IMG/VR virus record: IMGVR_UViG_3300037419_002757 | Location: 1-56,857 of that record | DNA from: a virus | Lineage: Duplodnaviria; Caudoviricetes | Length of the DNA: 56,857 nt | Strand: one strand, 5' to 3' | Shown here: in pieces, positions 26,786 through 36,881 of the stretch | How positions within the stretch are numbered: the first letter of the stretch is position 1 | How the letters are laid out: each line of letters opens with the position of its first letter | Made by a program: the position numbers and the translations under genes | Notes under the pieces: generated by a model | Database searches by the model: none | Told to the model about the DNA's origin: nothing | The model's input: only the letters and a program-made list of their open reading frames with translations

Positions 26786-27277
26786 TCAAGGATTCTTCTT
26801 CGGGAGGTGCAGCGATCGGTTTCGGTTCGGCGCCCCGGGGCCCCACACCGCGAGGTTGGAGGCGTTGAGTTCCTCCTTCGTATCGAACACGGCGAGGTTC
26901 ATGCGACGGAAATCCGCGTCGAACGGCGTTCGGAAGCCGACGAACTGATCGGGCCGCACGCCGAGGAGGTGCCGGCGCAGGTCGATGCGGCGGCACACGC
27001 CGCCCTCCTTCATCCGCGTGCACACCCGCGCGCGCTGGCGGTGCGCGACCTCGGGGAGTCCGTCCGCACCGAACCGCTCCTCCTTCGCGCCGTACTCGTA
27101 GCGCCACTGGTGGGGCGACACGAGCGGGATGTCGGCGACGTCGGTGAGGATCGGGACGAAGGTGTGGTCCCGCCCGTTGATGGAGTCGGACGGAATCCAC
27201 CAGAGCGCGACGGGGCCGACGCCGGGGAGATCCTGGATCTCGTACTTCGTGAAGCCTCGGGGCCGACCGCGGGGCAT
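26786..27277 (-). CDS. Degenerate HNH-like protein
   Basis: LRRHLLG.....VGFR....ADFRRMNL follows HNH_3 spacing but lacks the catalytic His/Asn residues. Confidence 0.5.
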   Translation of the reverse strand: MPRGRPRGFTKYEIQDLPGVGPVALWWIPSDSINGRDHTFVPILTDVADIPLVSPHQWRYEYGAKEERFGADGLPEVAHRQRARVCTRMKEGGVCRRIDLRRHLLGVRPDQFVGFRTPFDADFRRMNLAVFDTKEELNASNLAVWGPGAPNRNRSLHLPKKNP

Positions 27278-27487
27278 CTACGGCTCCGCGTGCGGGAGTC
27301 CTGCGCGATTGCACAACTCCTCGTAGTAGTCTTCGTCCAGATCCGTCGTGTCCATCTCGTCTTCGGGGATCGCCTTGCCGTTGAGCCGGGCCATCTCCCG
27401 AAGGCGCGTCACGATGTCGAACAGGATGCTCGCGATTCGGTTTCCGTGATTCATCGCGAACAGATAGTGCGCTCCGTAGTTGTCCAA
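27278..27487 (-). CDS. Hypothetical protein
   Basis: 69 aa, abuts both neighbours. Confidence 0.6.
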   Translation of the reverse strand: MDNYGAHYLFAMNHGNRIASILFDIVTRLREMARLNGKAIPEDEMDTTDLDEDYYEELCNRAGLPHAEP

Positions 27488-27488
27488 C

Positions 27489-29369
27489 TCAATCCTCCCA
27501 CGTCCCGTAGCAGAGACGTTGTGGCGTGTTCATGGTGCTCTGGATGTAGTTCGCCCGGGACCGGGCCTCCTCGATGGCGTTCTTCGCCGGGCCCACGTGG
27601 GCGTAGTAGTCGAAGAGGACGCAGTCCGCGGTCTGCCCCTGCCGGTGGGTGCGGCCGATGAGCTGCTCGCACGTCTTCCCTGCCTTCGGGAAGGACATGC
27701 ACAGGTTCTCGTGGTGGCCGTACTGGAGGTTCTTCCCCGTGCCGTGGGCGTCGATGGAGGCGGCGAAGCCGTAGGCCCCCCGCACCTCCTGGGGGTTGGT
27801 CCCGCCGCCGAACACCGGCACCCGACGCTCGGCGAGCGCCTCGGCGATGGCACGGTGCCGGTACCAGGCGATGCCCTTCGGGTGGTCGTGGAGCCACGCG
27901 ACCGCGTCGTCCACGAGGAAGGTGTCGAGCCACACCGTCTCCGTCGGCGGGGTGTCCTTCCCGCCCCACCGCTTGAGGCTCTGCGGCTCCCAGGCTTCGC
28001 GGGCCTCCTGCGCCTCCATCACCTCCTCGGGGAAGGGGAGGAGACGGGCCAGCGCGCCGGAGTGCAGCGCCCCCGCGACGAGGAACGCCGAGTCGAGGTG
28101 GACGAGGCCACGCTTGCAGATGACGCGCACGGCACGGTGCCAGCGCGAGCGGGCCTCGAGCCATTCGTGGTCGATGATCGACTCGCCGTTCTCGTCCTTC
28201 GGCCACACCCAGCGGTAGAAGAAGCCCTGCGCGAGCTCTTGGGCGACGCGCGCCTTGTCCTTCGCGTCCCGCAGTTCGTCGCCGTCGGGCCGGCACCACG
28301 TGGCGTCGAGGTCCTTGAGCGCGTCGAGCACGGTGCGGGGCGTCTCGACCGGCCGGCGGCGGAACACGAGGCTCGCGCGGACGCCCTGGTCGGGGGTGTA
28401 GATGACGCCGGGGGAGGTGTTGAGCCTCTTGCCCCACACCCGCCGCGCCTCCTGCTGGCGCTCGGCCTTGTCGCAGCCCTCCCACCCCGGCCAGATGGGC
28501 GAGAACGCCTGCCAGTCCGCGTTGATGGGCTCCCGGACCGCCGCGTAGACGGTCTCTCCGTCCTCGCTCGACGCCTTCACGGGGTGCACGGCGAGGATGT
28601 TGGAGAACGAGAGGAGGGTGTGCTTGTCCCGGGGGATGGGGGCGCGGTCCTTGAGCGACCAGCGCAACAGGTGGGCGTAGTCCTCCGGGTCGGTGTCGGT
28701 GAGCGTGCCGCTCATCACGACGACGCGGACGCCGGGGTGCGCCTCGAGGTAGCGGATGACCCGCTTCGTCCGGGCGGCCTCGGGGTTCGCCAGCTTGTGC
28801 GCCTCATCCATGACGAGGCAGTCCGGTTGCAGACGGTCGAGGAGGTCCGTGTTCCTGGCGGTCGAGAGCTCTTCATAGGCCGCGGTCCGCAGGTTGCGGG
28901 GCAGCTTGAAGCTCGCGCCGTACTCGTACCGGGCCATGTGCAGCGCGCGGCGCATCGACGCGGGGTGCAGGAGCAGGGGGTTCGCCGCGCCCAGCGCGTC
29001 GCCGACGAGCAGGGAGAACAGGGTCTTCCCGCCGCCGACGCTGATGTTCCCGAAGGCCCCGCCCTCGATGGCGGCCACGAGGAGCGCGACGGCCTGCACC
29101 TCGCGGAAGTCCATCGCCGCGCCGGGACGGCCCCACCGCTCCCGCGCCCACGCCATCGCGTACGCCACGACCTCCCGGTCGAAGTAGTCGGCGACGGGGA
29201 GCGCGGCGATGCGCTGCCCCTCCGTCGGCTTCGCGATGACCGCCACCGGCACGTCCCGCCGGTTCTCCTCGATCAGCGCGGGGCGCACGAGGCGGGGCCC
29301 CACCGCGCCGGCCGGGATGCGGACGACGCGGGGGGCGGCGGGGGGCGGGACGCGGAGGACGGGGGACAC
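27489..29369 (-). CDS. Superfamily 2 (DEAH, SNF2-like) helicase
   Basis: VGGGKT, MDEAH, MSGT, QLIGRTHRQGQ. Confidence 0.9.
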   Translation of the reverse strand: MSPVLRVPPPAAPRVVRIPAGAVGPRLVRPALIEENRRDVPVAVIAKPTEGQRIAALPVADYFDREVVAYAMAWARERWGRPGAAMDFREVQAVALLVAAIEGGAFGNISVGGGKTLFSLLVGDALGAANPLLLHPASMRRALHMARYEYGASFKLPRNLRTAAYEELSTARNTDLLDRLQPDCLVMDEAHKLANPEAARTKRVIRYLEAHPGVRVVVMSGTLTDTDPEDYAHLLRWSLKDRAPIPRDKHTLLSFSNILAVHPVKASSEDGETVYAAVREPINADWQAFSPIWPGWEGCDKAERQQEARRVWGKRLNTSPGVIYTPDQGVRASLVFRRRPVETPRTVLDALKDLDATWCRPDGDELRDAKDKARVAQELAQGFFYRWVWPKDENGESIIDHEWLEARSRWHRAVRVICKRGLVHLDSAFLVAGALHSGALARLLPFPEEVMEAQEAREAWEPQSLKRWGGKDTPPTETVWLDTFLVDDAVAWLHDHPKGIAWYRHRAIAEALAERRVPVFGGGTNPQEVRGAYGFAASIDAHGTGKNLQYGHHENLCMSFPKAGKTCEQLIGRTHRQGQTADCVLFDYYAHVGPAKNAIEEARSRANYIQSTMNTPQRLCYGTWED

Positions 29370-29376
29370 GGCGGAC

Positions 29377-29514
29377 CTATCGGTGGGCGATCTGTTCGGA
29401 GGGGTGGGCGACGACGTGGTTCGTCGTGATCGAGGCGACGACCCACCCGACGTAGACGCCGAGGAGGCAGAGGACGAAGACCGCCCACCCCGGAGGGTCG
29501 TCGCGGCGGATCAC
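29377..29514 (-). CDS. 45-aa single-TM peptide
   Basis: GTGA overlap; WAVFVLCLLGVYVGWVVASI. Confidence 0.55.
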   Translation of the reverse strand: MIRRDDPPGWAVFVLCLLGVYVGWVVASITTNHVVAHPSEQIAHR

Positions 29515-32129
29515 CGCATCGCCCGGACCACCCGCGTCGCGAAACGCTGGAGGTCGGCCACGCACGCGGCGGCGAAGGGGTGACGGGAGTCGATGACGAG
29601 GGCGCCGGTGGGGCGGTTGGCGGGGAGAAGCAGCCGCGCCGCGACCATGCCCGGCCCGCGGCCGAACAGCTTGTCGAGGTCGTAGAAGTTCTCCGCACCG
29701 TGGGCCTGCGCGACGGCATCGACGTGCGGGGCGATGAACTCCGCGAAGTCGGTGTACGCCTCGCCCTTCGTCGGCACGCAGTCGATGTAGAGGGCGAGGC
29801 TGGCCTTCTCCCCGAGGCCGAGATCGATCGTCTCCTTCGGGTACGGCTGGAGCAGCTTCGGCGTCTCGCTTGCCTTCGTCTTCGCCTCCTCGCGCGACGC
29901 CTTCGTGGACGTGGGCAGGCCCACCGTCGGGTCGGCGGTGAACACGGGGTCGGGCGCGGACGTCTCGGCCGCCGCCTCGAAGAGACTGTCCGGCGCGGGC
30001 TTCAACGGCTGCGCGATGGTCGGGTCTTCGTAGTCGGCGCCCATGACCGCGTCGGCCTGCTCGTCGATCTCCGCTGCGGCCGCCTCGTCCGGCGCCCCCG
30101 CGTCGAGGTGCTGCTCGGCCGCGGCCGTCTCCGTGGACGACGCGCTGCCGGCCGTCTCCGTGGACGACGCCTCCGGCTCGATGTCGAACCGCACGCCCGA
30201 CCCGTCGGGGAGGATGCTCACGACGGTCGGCGGCACCTCGTTCTTGAGGATGTACTGCATCGTGTCGGTGGACATCTTCCCGATGACCGCGTCGCTGTAC
30301 CCGTACGTCGCGAGGCGCTCCGCGGCGTTGCGGGGGCGGCGGGCGTCGCCGGGGGCGGGGGCGCCGAAGGGGACGCCCTTCCGGGGCTCCATCTTCGTGA
30401 CGACCTGCTGGTGCGTCGAGACGATGTGCGCCACCTCGACGTCCTTCACGGGCTCGGCCGCGGCCTCGCGGCGACGGCGGGCGGGGGCGGCCGGCGCGGG
30501 CGGCGGCTTGCGCGCGAAGGACTCGACGTACTGCCCGTCCGCGTCCTGCCCGTACACGATCTCGACGTCGGCGAACGGGAGCCGGGCCTCGTACGCCTCC
30601 TCGAAGACGTCGGCGGGCATCAGGGACAGCACGTCCTCCGGCCACCCGAGCGCGAGGAGGGCCTGCTCCTTCTGCTGGTCGGTGACGGGGGCGGGCTCGA
30701 CGATGGCCTGGGCCATCTGATCCCCGCGGGACGCGAGCTTCTGGACGATGTTGCCGATGAAGCGGGACGTCATGGTGTGGCCCTTCTTCATCGCCTCCAG
30801 GTCCTTCTCGGCCTGTGCCTTGTCGGCGTCCTTCCCGACGTAGACGTCCGGGTCGCGCACGCCGGAGCCGGGGGTGAAGACCACGAACGTCTCGGACTCC
30901 GTGTCGAACACCCACTCCCGGACGGGGGCCTGCGGGGCGGGCGCGGCCGCGCGCGGGTTCGGCGCGTCGGGCGGCACGACGCCGGTGGCGCGGGCGGCGG
31001 GGGTCGGCGGGCTCGAGACGGGGACGTCGGCGACCTTCGTGACCGGGACGTTGCTCGGGAGGCGGACGCCGGGCGGGAGGCGCGGCGTGGCCGGCGACGG
31101 GGCGGCGGTCGTCCTGGCCTGCGTGGCGACGGAGGCCGCGGCGGGCGTGGTGTTCGGAGCCCTCGTGAGCGCGGGCGTGGCCGAGGCCGGGGCGATGGGG
31201 GTGGAGGCGCCGATGACCTGCCCGACCTTGGCGGCGAGGGCGGGCGGGAGACGGGGCGCGGTGGGGGACGGGGGCATGGCGGTGTTCTCCTGGGGGTCGA
31301 TGGGTTCGGGGTCGGAAGGGACGGGGTGAGAGAGCGTGGCGTTCATCCCCGCGAACGGGGAGCGGGCGATGCCGGGGGCACCGGCGAGCTTGAGCGCGGC
31401 GCAGCGGTCCTGGTACGGACACCCCCCGTAGCGGGAGCACGCCGACCAGTTGGGTGTCACACGGGACGGATCGTCGATCTGGGCGACCTCCTGCATCCGG
31501 CGGGTGAGCGGCACGACGCGGTCGGTCCACACCTTCCGCGTCGCGTCGATGGGCACCTCGACCTCGACGCGCTTCGCGGACACGACGGTCACGGTGTTGC
31601 GCGGGACGTGAAGCTGGTTGTGGGCCAGCTTCACCACACCGTGCTTCCCGGTGCCGAAGGTGATGCCGTTGATGTAGCCGTAGATGTTCATCTGGAGGTT
31701 CGACCGGATCTCCTCCGCAGTCTTGAACCAGCGTGGATCGTTCGACGTCTTGTGGTCGTCGATGCGCCACGGCATCCAGATATCGACGAAGCCCTTCAGC
31801 ACCACGCCGTCGATGACCTTCGCGCTCACGGGGTGCTCGACCTTGATCTTCCCCTGTCCCACGAGGGCGGGGTCGGGGAGCATCTTGTTCCACACCATCT
31901 GGACGAGACCGTCCTGGAGGTGGTTCGTGTCGCCGGTGCGGAGGTACTGCTCGATGCGGTTGTGCACGAGCACGCCGCGGTCGGCCGACACCTTCGGGGG
32001 CTTCGGGATCCCGAGGATCTTCTCGAACCACCACGCCCGGTTGCACCCCTCGCCGCCGACGAACGGCGCGGCGGACGCGTCGGCGAAGGCGTCGAGCTGG
32101 GAGGCGGAGACGTGGGTGAACGTGTTCAC
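29511..32129 (-). CDS. Cas4-like PD-(D/E)XK exonuclease with a long C-terminal extension
   Basis: SASQL, CNR, G..VH..IE, VE, GFVD, DHKT, Q..IY, C..YGGCPY...C in the first ~250 aa; 872 aa in total. Confidence 0.85.
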   Translation of the reverse strand: MNTFTHVSASQLDAFADASAAPFVGGEGCNRAWWFEKILGIPKPPKVSADRGVLVHNRIEQYLRTGDTNHLQDGLVQMVWNKMLPDPALVGQGKIKVEHPVSAKVIDGVVLKGFVDIWMPWRIDDHKTSNDPRWFKTAEEIRSNLQMNIYGYINGITFGTGKHGVVKLAHNQLHVPRNTVTVVSAKRVEVEVPIDATRKVWTDRVVPLTRRMQEVAQIDDPSRVTPNWSACSRYGGCPYQDRCAALKLAGAPGIARSPFAGMNATLSHPVPSDPEPIDPQENTAMPPSPTAPRLPPALAAKVGQVIGASTPIAPASATPALTRAPNTTPAAASVATQARTTAAPSPATPRLPPGVRLPSNVPVTKVADVPVSSPPTPAARATGVVPPDAPNPRAAAPAPQAPVREWVFDTESETFVVFTPGSGVRDPDVYVGKDADKAQAEKDLEAMKKGHTMTSRFIGNIVQKLASRGDQMAQAIVEPAPVTDQQKEQALLALGWPEDVLSLMPADVFEEAYEARLPFADVEIVYGQDADGQYVESFARKPPPAPAAPARRRREAAAEPVKDVEVAHIVSTHQQVVTKMEPRKGVPFGAPAPGDARRPRNAAERLATYGYSDAVIGKMSTDTMQYILKNEVPPTVVSILPDGSGVRFDIEPEASSTETAGSASSTETAAAEQHLDAGAPDEAAAAEIDEQADAVMGADYEDPTIAQPLKPAPDSLFEAAAETSAPDPVFTADPTVGLPTSTKASREEAKTKASETPKLLQPYPKETIDLGLGEKASLALYIDCVPTKGEAYTDFAEFIAPHVDAVAQAHGAENFYDLDKLFGRGPGMVAARLLLPANRPTGALVIDSRHPFAAACVADLQRFATRVVRAMR

Positions 32130-32330
32130 CTACGCCACCTTCACGTAGATGGTGAAGACGCCCTTGACTTCCTCCTCGTACGACACGTCCGTGACACGAG
32201 GAACGCCGATGTCCCCCCACACCTGGAGAAGCAGGCGGTCTCCGACCCGGGGGATGAACCTGGTCCGGATCACCACGTTCGGCTTGTTGATGGCGTGCGC
32301 CAGGATGTGCAGGTCGTACTCGGTTTCCAC
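32130..32330 (-). CDS. Hypothetical protein
   Basis: 66 aa, GAGGT RBS. Confidence 0.6.
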   Translation of the reverse strand: METEYDLHILAHAINKPNVVIRTRFIPRVGDRLLLQVWGDIGVPRVTDVSYEEEVKGVFTIYVKVA

Positions 32331-32334
32331 GGTT

Positions 32335-35172
32335 CTACCTCTTGAACGGCGATACCTTTCGTGCGTCGTCCGCCCCGACCAGCGCCGGGACGCCCAACTT
32401 CGCTTTCGTGTTCTCGTCGAACATGTAGTACATCACGCGGCGGTACGCAAGAGAGGAATCCATATTTCCGACCGCCCGGCGCTCCGAGCTGACGCCCATG
32501 TCGGAAAGGATGCGGCCAACCCGGGTAACGTCGGACTTCGAGATATCGGCGGGTTGCTTCTGGAGCGCCACGCGGCACACGTCGTCCACGCTCACCGGCG
32601 CGGGGTCCTTCCCCCGGGCGTACGTGAGGGCCCACTTCCGGATCGTCTCGTCCCACGCGTCCGTCGCGGTGTAGTGGCGCGTCATCTCCCGGAGCGTCGG
32701 CGTCTCGGGGTCGGTCGTCTCGAACCACCAGCGCGTCGCCCGGGAGCGGTGCCGCCCCTTGCCGACCTCGGACATGTAGAGCGCGTACGCCTCGGCGAAC
32801 CACGCCTCGCGCGTCTCCTCGATGCGGTCGAGATCCACCGGGCGGACGACGGTCATCGGCCACGTCCGGCGGTGCACGTCGAAGGCGGGGAGGAACTCCG
32901 GGTCGTTCGTCGTGCCGGCGAGGACGGTCTGGCGGGGATGCCGGTCCGGCGCGCGCTCGTACGGCGCCCGGTAGTTGTCCGTATCCGACGACATCCAGCT
33001 TCGGAACTGCGTCATGTCGGAGCGACGGAGCGCGTGCATCTCGCCGATCTCGTAGAGCCAGTTCCCCTGGATCTGCATGAAGCTGTCCTTGTCCTCCAGC
33101 CTCAGGTCCGACCGGGAGAACCACGCCTTGCTGGCGAGGAACTCGAAGCCGCGGGACTTGCCGACGCCTTCGTCGCCGAGCAGCACGGGCATGGTGTCCA
33201 CCTGACACCCGGGCTCCATGACGCGCGCGACCATCGACAAGAGGAACCGCCGCGAGATGAGACGCAGGACCTCCCCGTACCGCGCGTCGTCCTCCACCCC
33301 GAAGGCGTCGAGGAACATCGTGTCGATGCGGCTCTCGCCGTCCCACCGCAGGCTCCCGAGCCACGCCCGCACGGGGTGGAAGCTGCGGTCCCGGGCCACG
33401 AGCCGGATGCACTCCGCCACCCGCGCGCTCGTGGTGTCGAGCAGCCAGTCCCACCCGAGCCGGGCGGCGAGCTCCGTGCACGCCGTGTCCTTCAGCGTCG
33501 CGCCGTCGAGGCAGACGTCGCCGGAGAACTCGTTGAACGAGAGCCGCGTCGCCCACCGGGCGTCCTCGCGGAAGATCCGCGTGACGTTGGAGATGGTGTC
33601 GGCCGGCTTGACCACGCCGCCCGGGGAGATGAGCGCGAGCCGGGGCCACACCTCCGCGTCCGCGCCGGGCGGGAGGCCGACGGTCGCCGTCGCATGGCGC
33701 ACGCGCTCGGCCGCGCGCTCGGCCCGCACCCGTGCGGCGGACGCCTCTCGGCACGCCGCCTCGGCGGCCATCTTCTCGTCGAGCGCGGCCTGCCGGTCGT
33801 TCTCCGAGGACCCCGACGCGCCGCGCGTGACGGCGGCGTAGCGGCGGCGGGCCTCGTCCCGACGTCCGACGGCGGCGCCCTCGGCGGCGCGCGCGGCCGC
33901 GCACCGGGCCTCGGCCTGCTCGAGCTCGTCGGCGACGGCCTGGGCCTGCTCCGCAGGCGGGAGGCTCACGACGCGGGCGAGGCGCTGGACGGGCGGGGCC
34001 GGGGCCTCGACGGGCTTCGGGTCGCTGCCGAGCTGGGCCGGGGAGGTGATGTGGCCACGGTGCGGGCACGCCCGGCACCACGTCGATCCGGCGTCGCGCT
34101 CGATGGTGGCGCACGTGAACGGCCCGCTCTGCACCCGGGCGTACTCGTGGTCCGTCTCCTCGGGGGAGTAGCCGGGGTACGGCTCGGAGACGACGTGCGC
34201 CAGGGCCTCGCCGTGCTCGCACCGGGCGACGATGGACAGCAGCGCCCGCCACTCCGGATTGGGCAGGTCGGCCGCGTCCGCGACGGCGTGGCGCACGAAG
34301 GCGCAACGGTCGAGGATGAGCCCGAAGTCCTCACGCGGCGCGTCGGCGTCGGCGATGCGCGCGAAGGGGGAGTCGCCCCCGCCCCGCGTCCCCTCCGGGT
34401 AGACATTCTCCCGCGTTATCGATCGATTCGCTGGAGGTGTTTGAAGGGCTGGCGCGGGGCGGGTTTGATCTCGAAGAGGGCCGCCGCTCGACCTCGGAGG
34501 AACCACACGGGTCAGCGCGAGGACATCCCCGGGGTCGAGCGGCTTGCCCGGAACGTACTCGTAGACCCGGGGGACGTCAAGGCCCGGGGTCGTCCGCACC
34601 GACGGCCAGTACCAGAACCGCGACGGATTGGACGTGCTCGGGTCGATGCGGTCGTCGTGAGCCTTCGCCCATTCGTAGAGCGCGCGGTGCTCGTCGGCGG
34701 TGACGGGGCGTGCGAGCGGCAGCACCACGCGGAAGCGTGGCTTCTCCGCCGTGTACTGGATGGAGGAGTGGAGGTGCAGTTCCGACCCGGACCATCGCGA
34801 CAGCACGTCGCTCGTTCCGGTGAGAGGTTCCCCGTGCTTCCCGTCGTAGTCGAGCACGAGCGCGTGAACGGAGACGACGCACTCGTCGAAGCGCCCGACC
34901 GAACCGGAGGGGCACACGACGGCCCCCTTCCGCACGACGTCGGCCTTCGCCGGGCCGAACACGGCGGGCGTCCAGAGCGGGACGCTGGCCTTGTCCCGGT
35001 CGATGGCGGCCTTGTCGTCGCCGGACGCTGGCACCTCGAGGAACGCGGCGAGGTCGCCGAGGTCCATCTCGGACGGGGTGAGGTCCGTGCTCTGGACGTG
35101 GGCGATGAAGGTGACGGGGACGCGGCCGACGGGGCGGCTATCCGGCGGCGCCGGGTTGGCGGGTTCCTGCAT
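32335..35172 (-). CDS. Primase-helicase: AEP-like primase, Cys-cluster domain and VirE/VapE-type NTPase
   Basis: LVLDYD, HSS, RFRVVLPL, D....PSR.WY.P; C...C..C..C cluster; PGCQVD, GDEGVGKS, YEIGEM, RAPY, GTTN. Confidence 0.88.
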   Translation of the reverse strand: MQEPANPAPPDSRPVGRVPVTFIAHVQSTDLTPSEMDLGDLAAFLEVPASGDDKAAIDRDKASVPLWTPAVFGPAKADVVRKGAVVCPSGSVGRFDECVVSVHALVLDYDGKHGEPLTGTSDVLSRWSGSELHLHSSIQYTAEKPRFRVVLPLARPVTADEHRALYEWAKAHDDRIDPSTSNPSRFWYWPSVRTTPGLDVPRVYEYVPGKPLDPGDVLALTRVVPPRSSGGPLRDQTRPAPALQTPPANRSITRENVYPEGTRGGGDSPFARIADADAPREDFGLILDRCAFVRHAVADAADLPNPEWRALLSIVARCEHGEALAHVVSEPYPGYSPEETDHEYARVQSGPFTCATIERDAGSTWCRACPHRGHITSPAQLGSDPKPVEAPAPPVQRLARVVSLPPAEQAQAVADELEQAEARCAAARAAEGAAVGRRDEARRRYAAVTRGASGSSENDRQAALDEKMAAEAACREASAARVRAERAAERVRHATATVGLPPGADAEVWPRLALISPGGVVKPADTISNVTRIFREDARWATRLSFNEFSGDVCLDGATLKDTACTELAARLGWDWLLDTTSARVAECIRLVARDRSFHPVRAWLGSLRWDGESRIDTMFLDAFGVEDDARYGEVLRLISRRFLLSMVARVMEPGCQVDTMPVLLGDEGVGKSRGFEFLASKAWFSRSDLRLEDKDSFMQIQGNWLYEIGEMHALRRSDMTQFRSWMSSDTDNYRAPYERAPDRHPRQTVLAGTTNDPEFLPAFDVHRRTWPMTVVRPVDLDRIEETREAWFAEAYALYMSEVGKGRHRSRATRWWFETTDPETPTLREMTRHYTATDAWDETIRKWALTYARGKDPAPVSVDDVCRVALQKQPADISKSDVTRVGRILSDMGVSSERRAVGNMDSSLAYRRVMYYMFDENTKAKLGVPALVGADDARKVSPFKR

Positions 35173-35181
35173 GGCCGCGCG

Positions 35182-35379
35182 CTACGACTTGACGTAGTCG
35201 TAGAGGGACCGCGAGAAGCGCCGACCTCCCGTCGTGTCCGCCCACTCGATGTCGCCGAGATCCCACCCGCTCGTCGAGCCGTCTCGCAGAACGGTGCGGC
35301 GAACTTCCGTTTCTACCTTGGTTTCAGAGCCCGGAGACGACGACGGACCGACAGGTCCGTGGGGCTGGTGGCTGCGCAT
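35182..35379 (-). CDS. Hypothetical protein
   Basis: GGAGGT RBS before ATG 35379; overlaps the upstream ORF by 67 nt. Confidence 0.4.
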   Translation of the reverse strand: MRSHQPHGPVGPSSSPGSETKVETEVRRTVLRDGSTSGWDLGDIEWADTTGGRRFSRSLYDYVKS

Positions 35380-35888
35380 GGACTGACCTCCACGCCGTAC
35401 CTGTACACCAGCGAGGCGATGTCGGCAATGCCTCCTTCGACGCGAGACAGGATCCATCGGACCGTGGGTTCGCAGAAGAACAAGCCGAAACCTGCCATGT
35501 TCACGAGGCTTCCGTAGTAGTGGACCTTGCAGATCCACGCGACGCCGTAGGACCACGGGGTCAGGAAGTAGGCCACCTCCTCCCGCTGGCGGAGGATGGG
35601 CGGGGTCCACTCCATGCGGATGCGCCGACCCTCGGCGTCGATGTTCCTCGGGTCGCGACCCGCACCGCGCCGGGCGGCGTCGAGCCCGGCGGCCAGCAGC
35701 GCCGCCTCCGTCACGAGATTACGCGGGAAGCGGGCATGGCGGAGGCGGCGTTCGACGCTCGCTCCGGGCATCGGATACGGCGGCCGGAGCTCGTGCCACA
35801 GGGCGTTGGCCCGCACGACGTACTCCTCCGGGGGCGTGAACGTCAGGACGTGGACACGCCGGCCGGGGTGGAGGTGGTACCAGGACAT
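35313..35888 (-). CDS. Hypothetical protein
   Basis: 191 aa, abuts the upstream stop. Confidence 0.6.
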   Translation of the reverse strand: MSWYHLHPGRRVHVLTFTPPEEYVVRANALWHELRPPYPMPGASVERRLRHARFPRNLVTEAALLAAGLDAARRGAGRDPRNIDAEGRRIRMEWTPPILRQREEVAYFLTPWSYGVAWICKVHYYGSLVNMAGFGLFFCEPTVRWILSRVEGGIADIASLVYRYGVEVSPCAATSPTDLSVRRRLRALKPR

Positions 35889-36104
35889 CTATCCCTCGAC
35901 CAGCGGATGCTCCAGCGCCTCCAGATCCCCGACGGAGGGCGGCGCGTCGAGCGCCTGGCCCGCCACGGGGCGGCCCATCTGGCGCAGCAGGAGCACCCTC
36001 GCGATGCGTCGGGCCTCCTCGGAGACCTCGCCTGCCGGGTCGTTGATGCTCAACTCGGCGAGACGTTCGCGGAGTTCTTCGCTCGTCATGTCTCGATAGC
36101 GCAT
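35889..36104 (-). CDS. Hypothetical protein
   Basis: AAGGAG RBS. Confidence 0.7.
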   Translation of the reverse strand: MRYRDMTSEELRERLAELSINDPAGEVSEEARRIARVLLLRQMGRPVAGQALDAPPSVGDLEALEHPLVEG

Positions 36105-36153
36105 GGGCTCTCCTTTCCTGTAGTCACTGGCGTACTGATAGCCCTTCGGCTAC

Positions 36154-36702
36154 GTGGCGTCCATGAAGAACACCCCGCCCCTCCTCGTCACCCTCGACCC
36201 CGGGCGCGACGGCTCCGGCGTCGCCGTGTTCGTTCACGGGCGATTCGTCGAGGCGGCGTACGTGCCACACGACGTCGGGAATCGCGAGGGCGCGGCGGCG
36301 TGGTGGCGGGCGGCGTGCGCCGTCGTGACGTGGGTGCAGTCCCGGACGCACGGGCAGTACACCACGGAGGGGGGCGTCTTCCTCACGGAGACCATGCGCA
36401 CGTACACCGGCGCCTCGGGCGCGGCGAACCCCGCCGACCTCCTGCACCTCGAGGGCGTGGCGGCGGCGTGCGTCGGCGTCTTCGGCGCGCTCGGGTTCGA
36501 GGTCGAGTCGGCGCTGGCCCGCGAATGGAACGGAAATGTGCCCCGGAAGATCCGCATGGCCCGAACGCGAGCGTGGCTCGAGGCGACGGAGGCCGGGAGC
36601 TCCGCGCGCGTGCGGTGCCCGCCCGGCGTGGCGCCGGGGCTGGTTCACAACGCGTGGAGCGCCGTCGGGATCGGACGGTGGCGACTCACGGGGTGCGCGT
36701 AA
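36154..36702 (+). CDS. RuvC-like Holliday junction resolvase (RNase H fold)
   Basis: LVTLDPG...SGVAVF, a conserved E, W.G.V.K and HN.WSAVGIG; the only + strand gene inside the - strand arm. Confidence 0.75.
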   Translation: MASMKNTPPLLVTLDPGRDGSGVAVFVHGRFVEAAYVPHDVGNREGAAAWWRAACAVVTWVQSRTHGQYTTEGGVFLTETMRTYTGASGAANPADLLHLEGVAAACVGVFGALGFEVESALAREWNGNVPRKIRMARTRAWLEATEAGSSARVRCPPGVAPGLVHNAWSAVGIGRWRLTGCA

Positions 36703-36881
36703 TCTTCGACCGAAGAACCGCGGCGCGTACCTGCTTCGGTGTCTTGCCGTAGTGTTTGGCAACGCCTCGCACCACGGCTTCTGTCTTGCGACGTTCGACC
36801 TCCGCCTCCAGCCACGCAGCTACACGAAGTTGCGCCTCGTTCCTTTCCTTGTCGGACTCGTCGTCTCCCGCCTCGTATACG

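Noticed and set aside
30118-30175. Tandem GCCGTCTCCGTGGACGACGC repeat
   Set aside because: An in-frame 27-bp duplication (ASSTETA twice) in a disordered linker.
29511-32129. Cas4-like gene as evidence of a CRISPR-Cas system
   Set aside because: There is no repeat-spacer array or other cas gene, and solo Cas4-like nucleases are common in phages.
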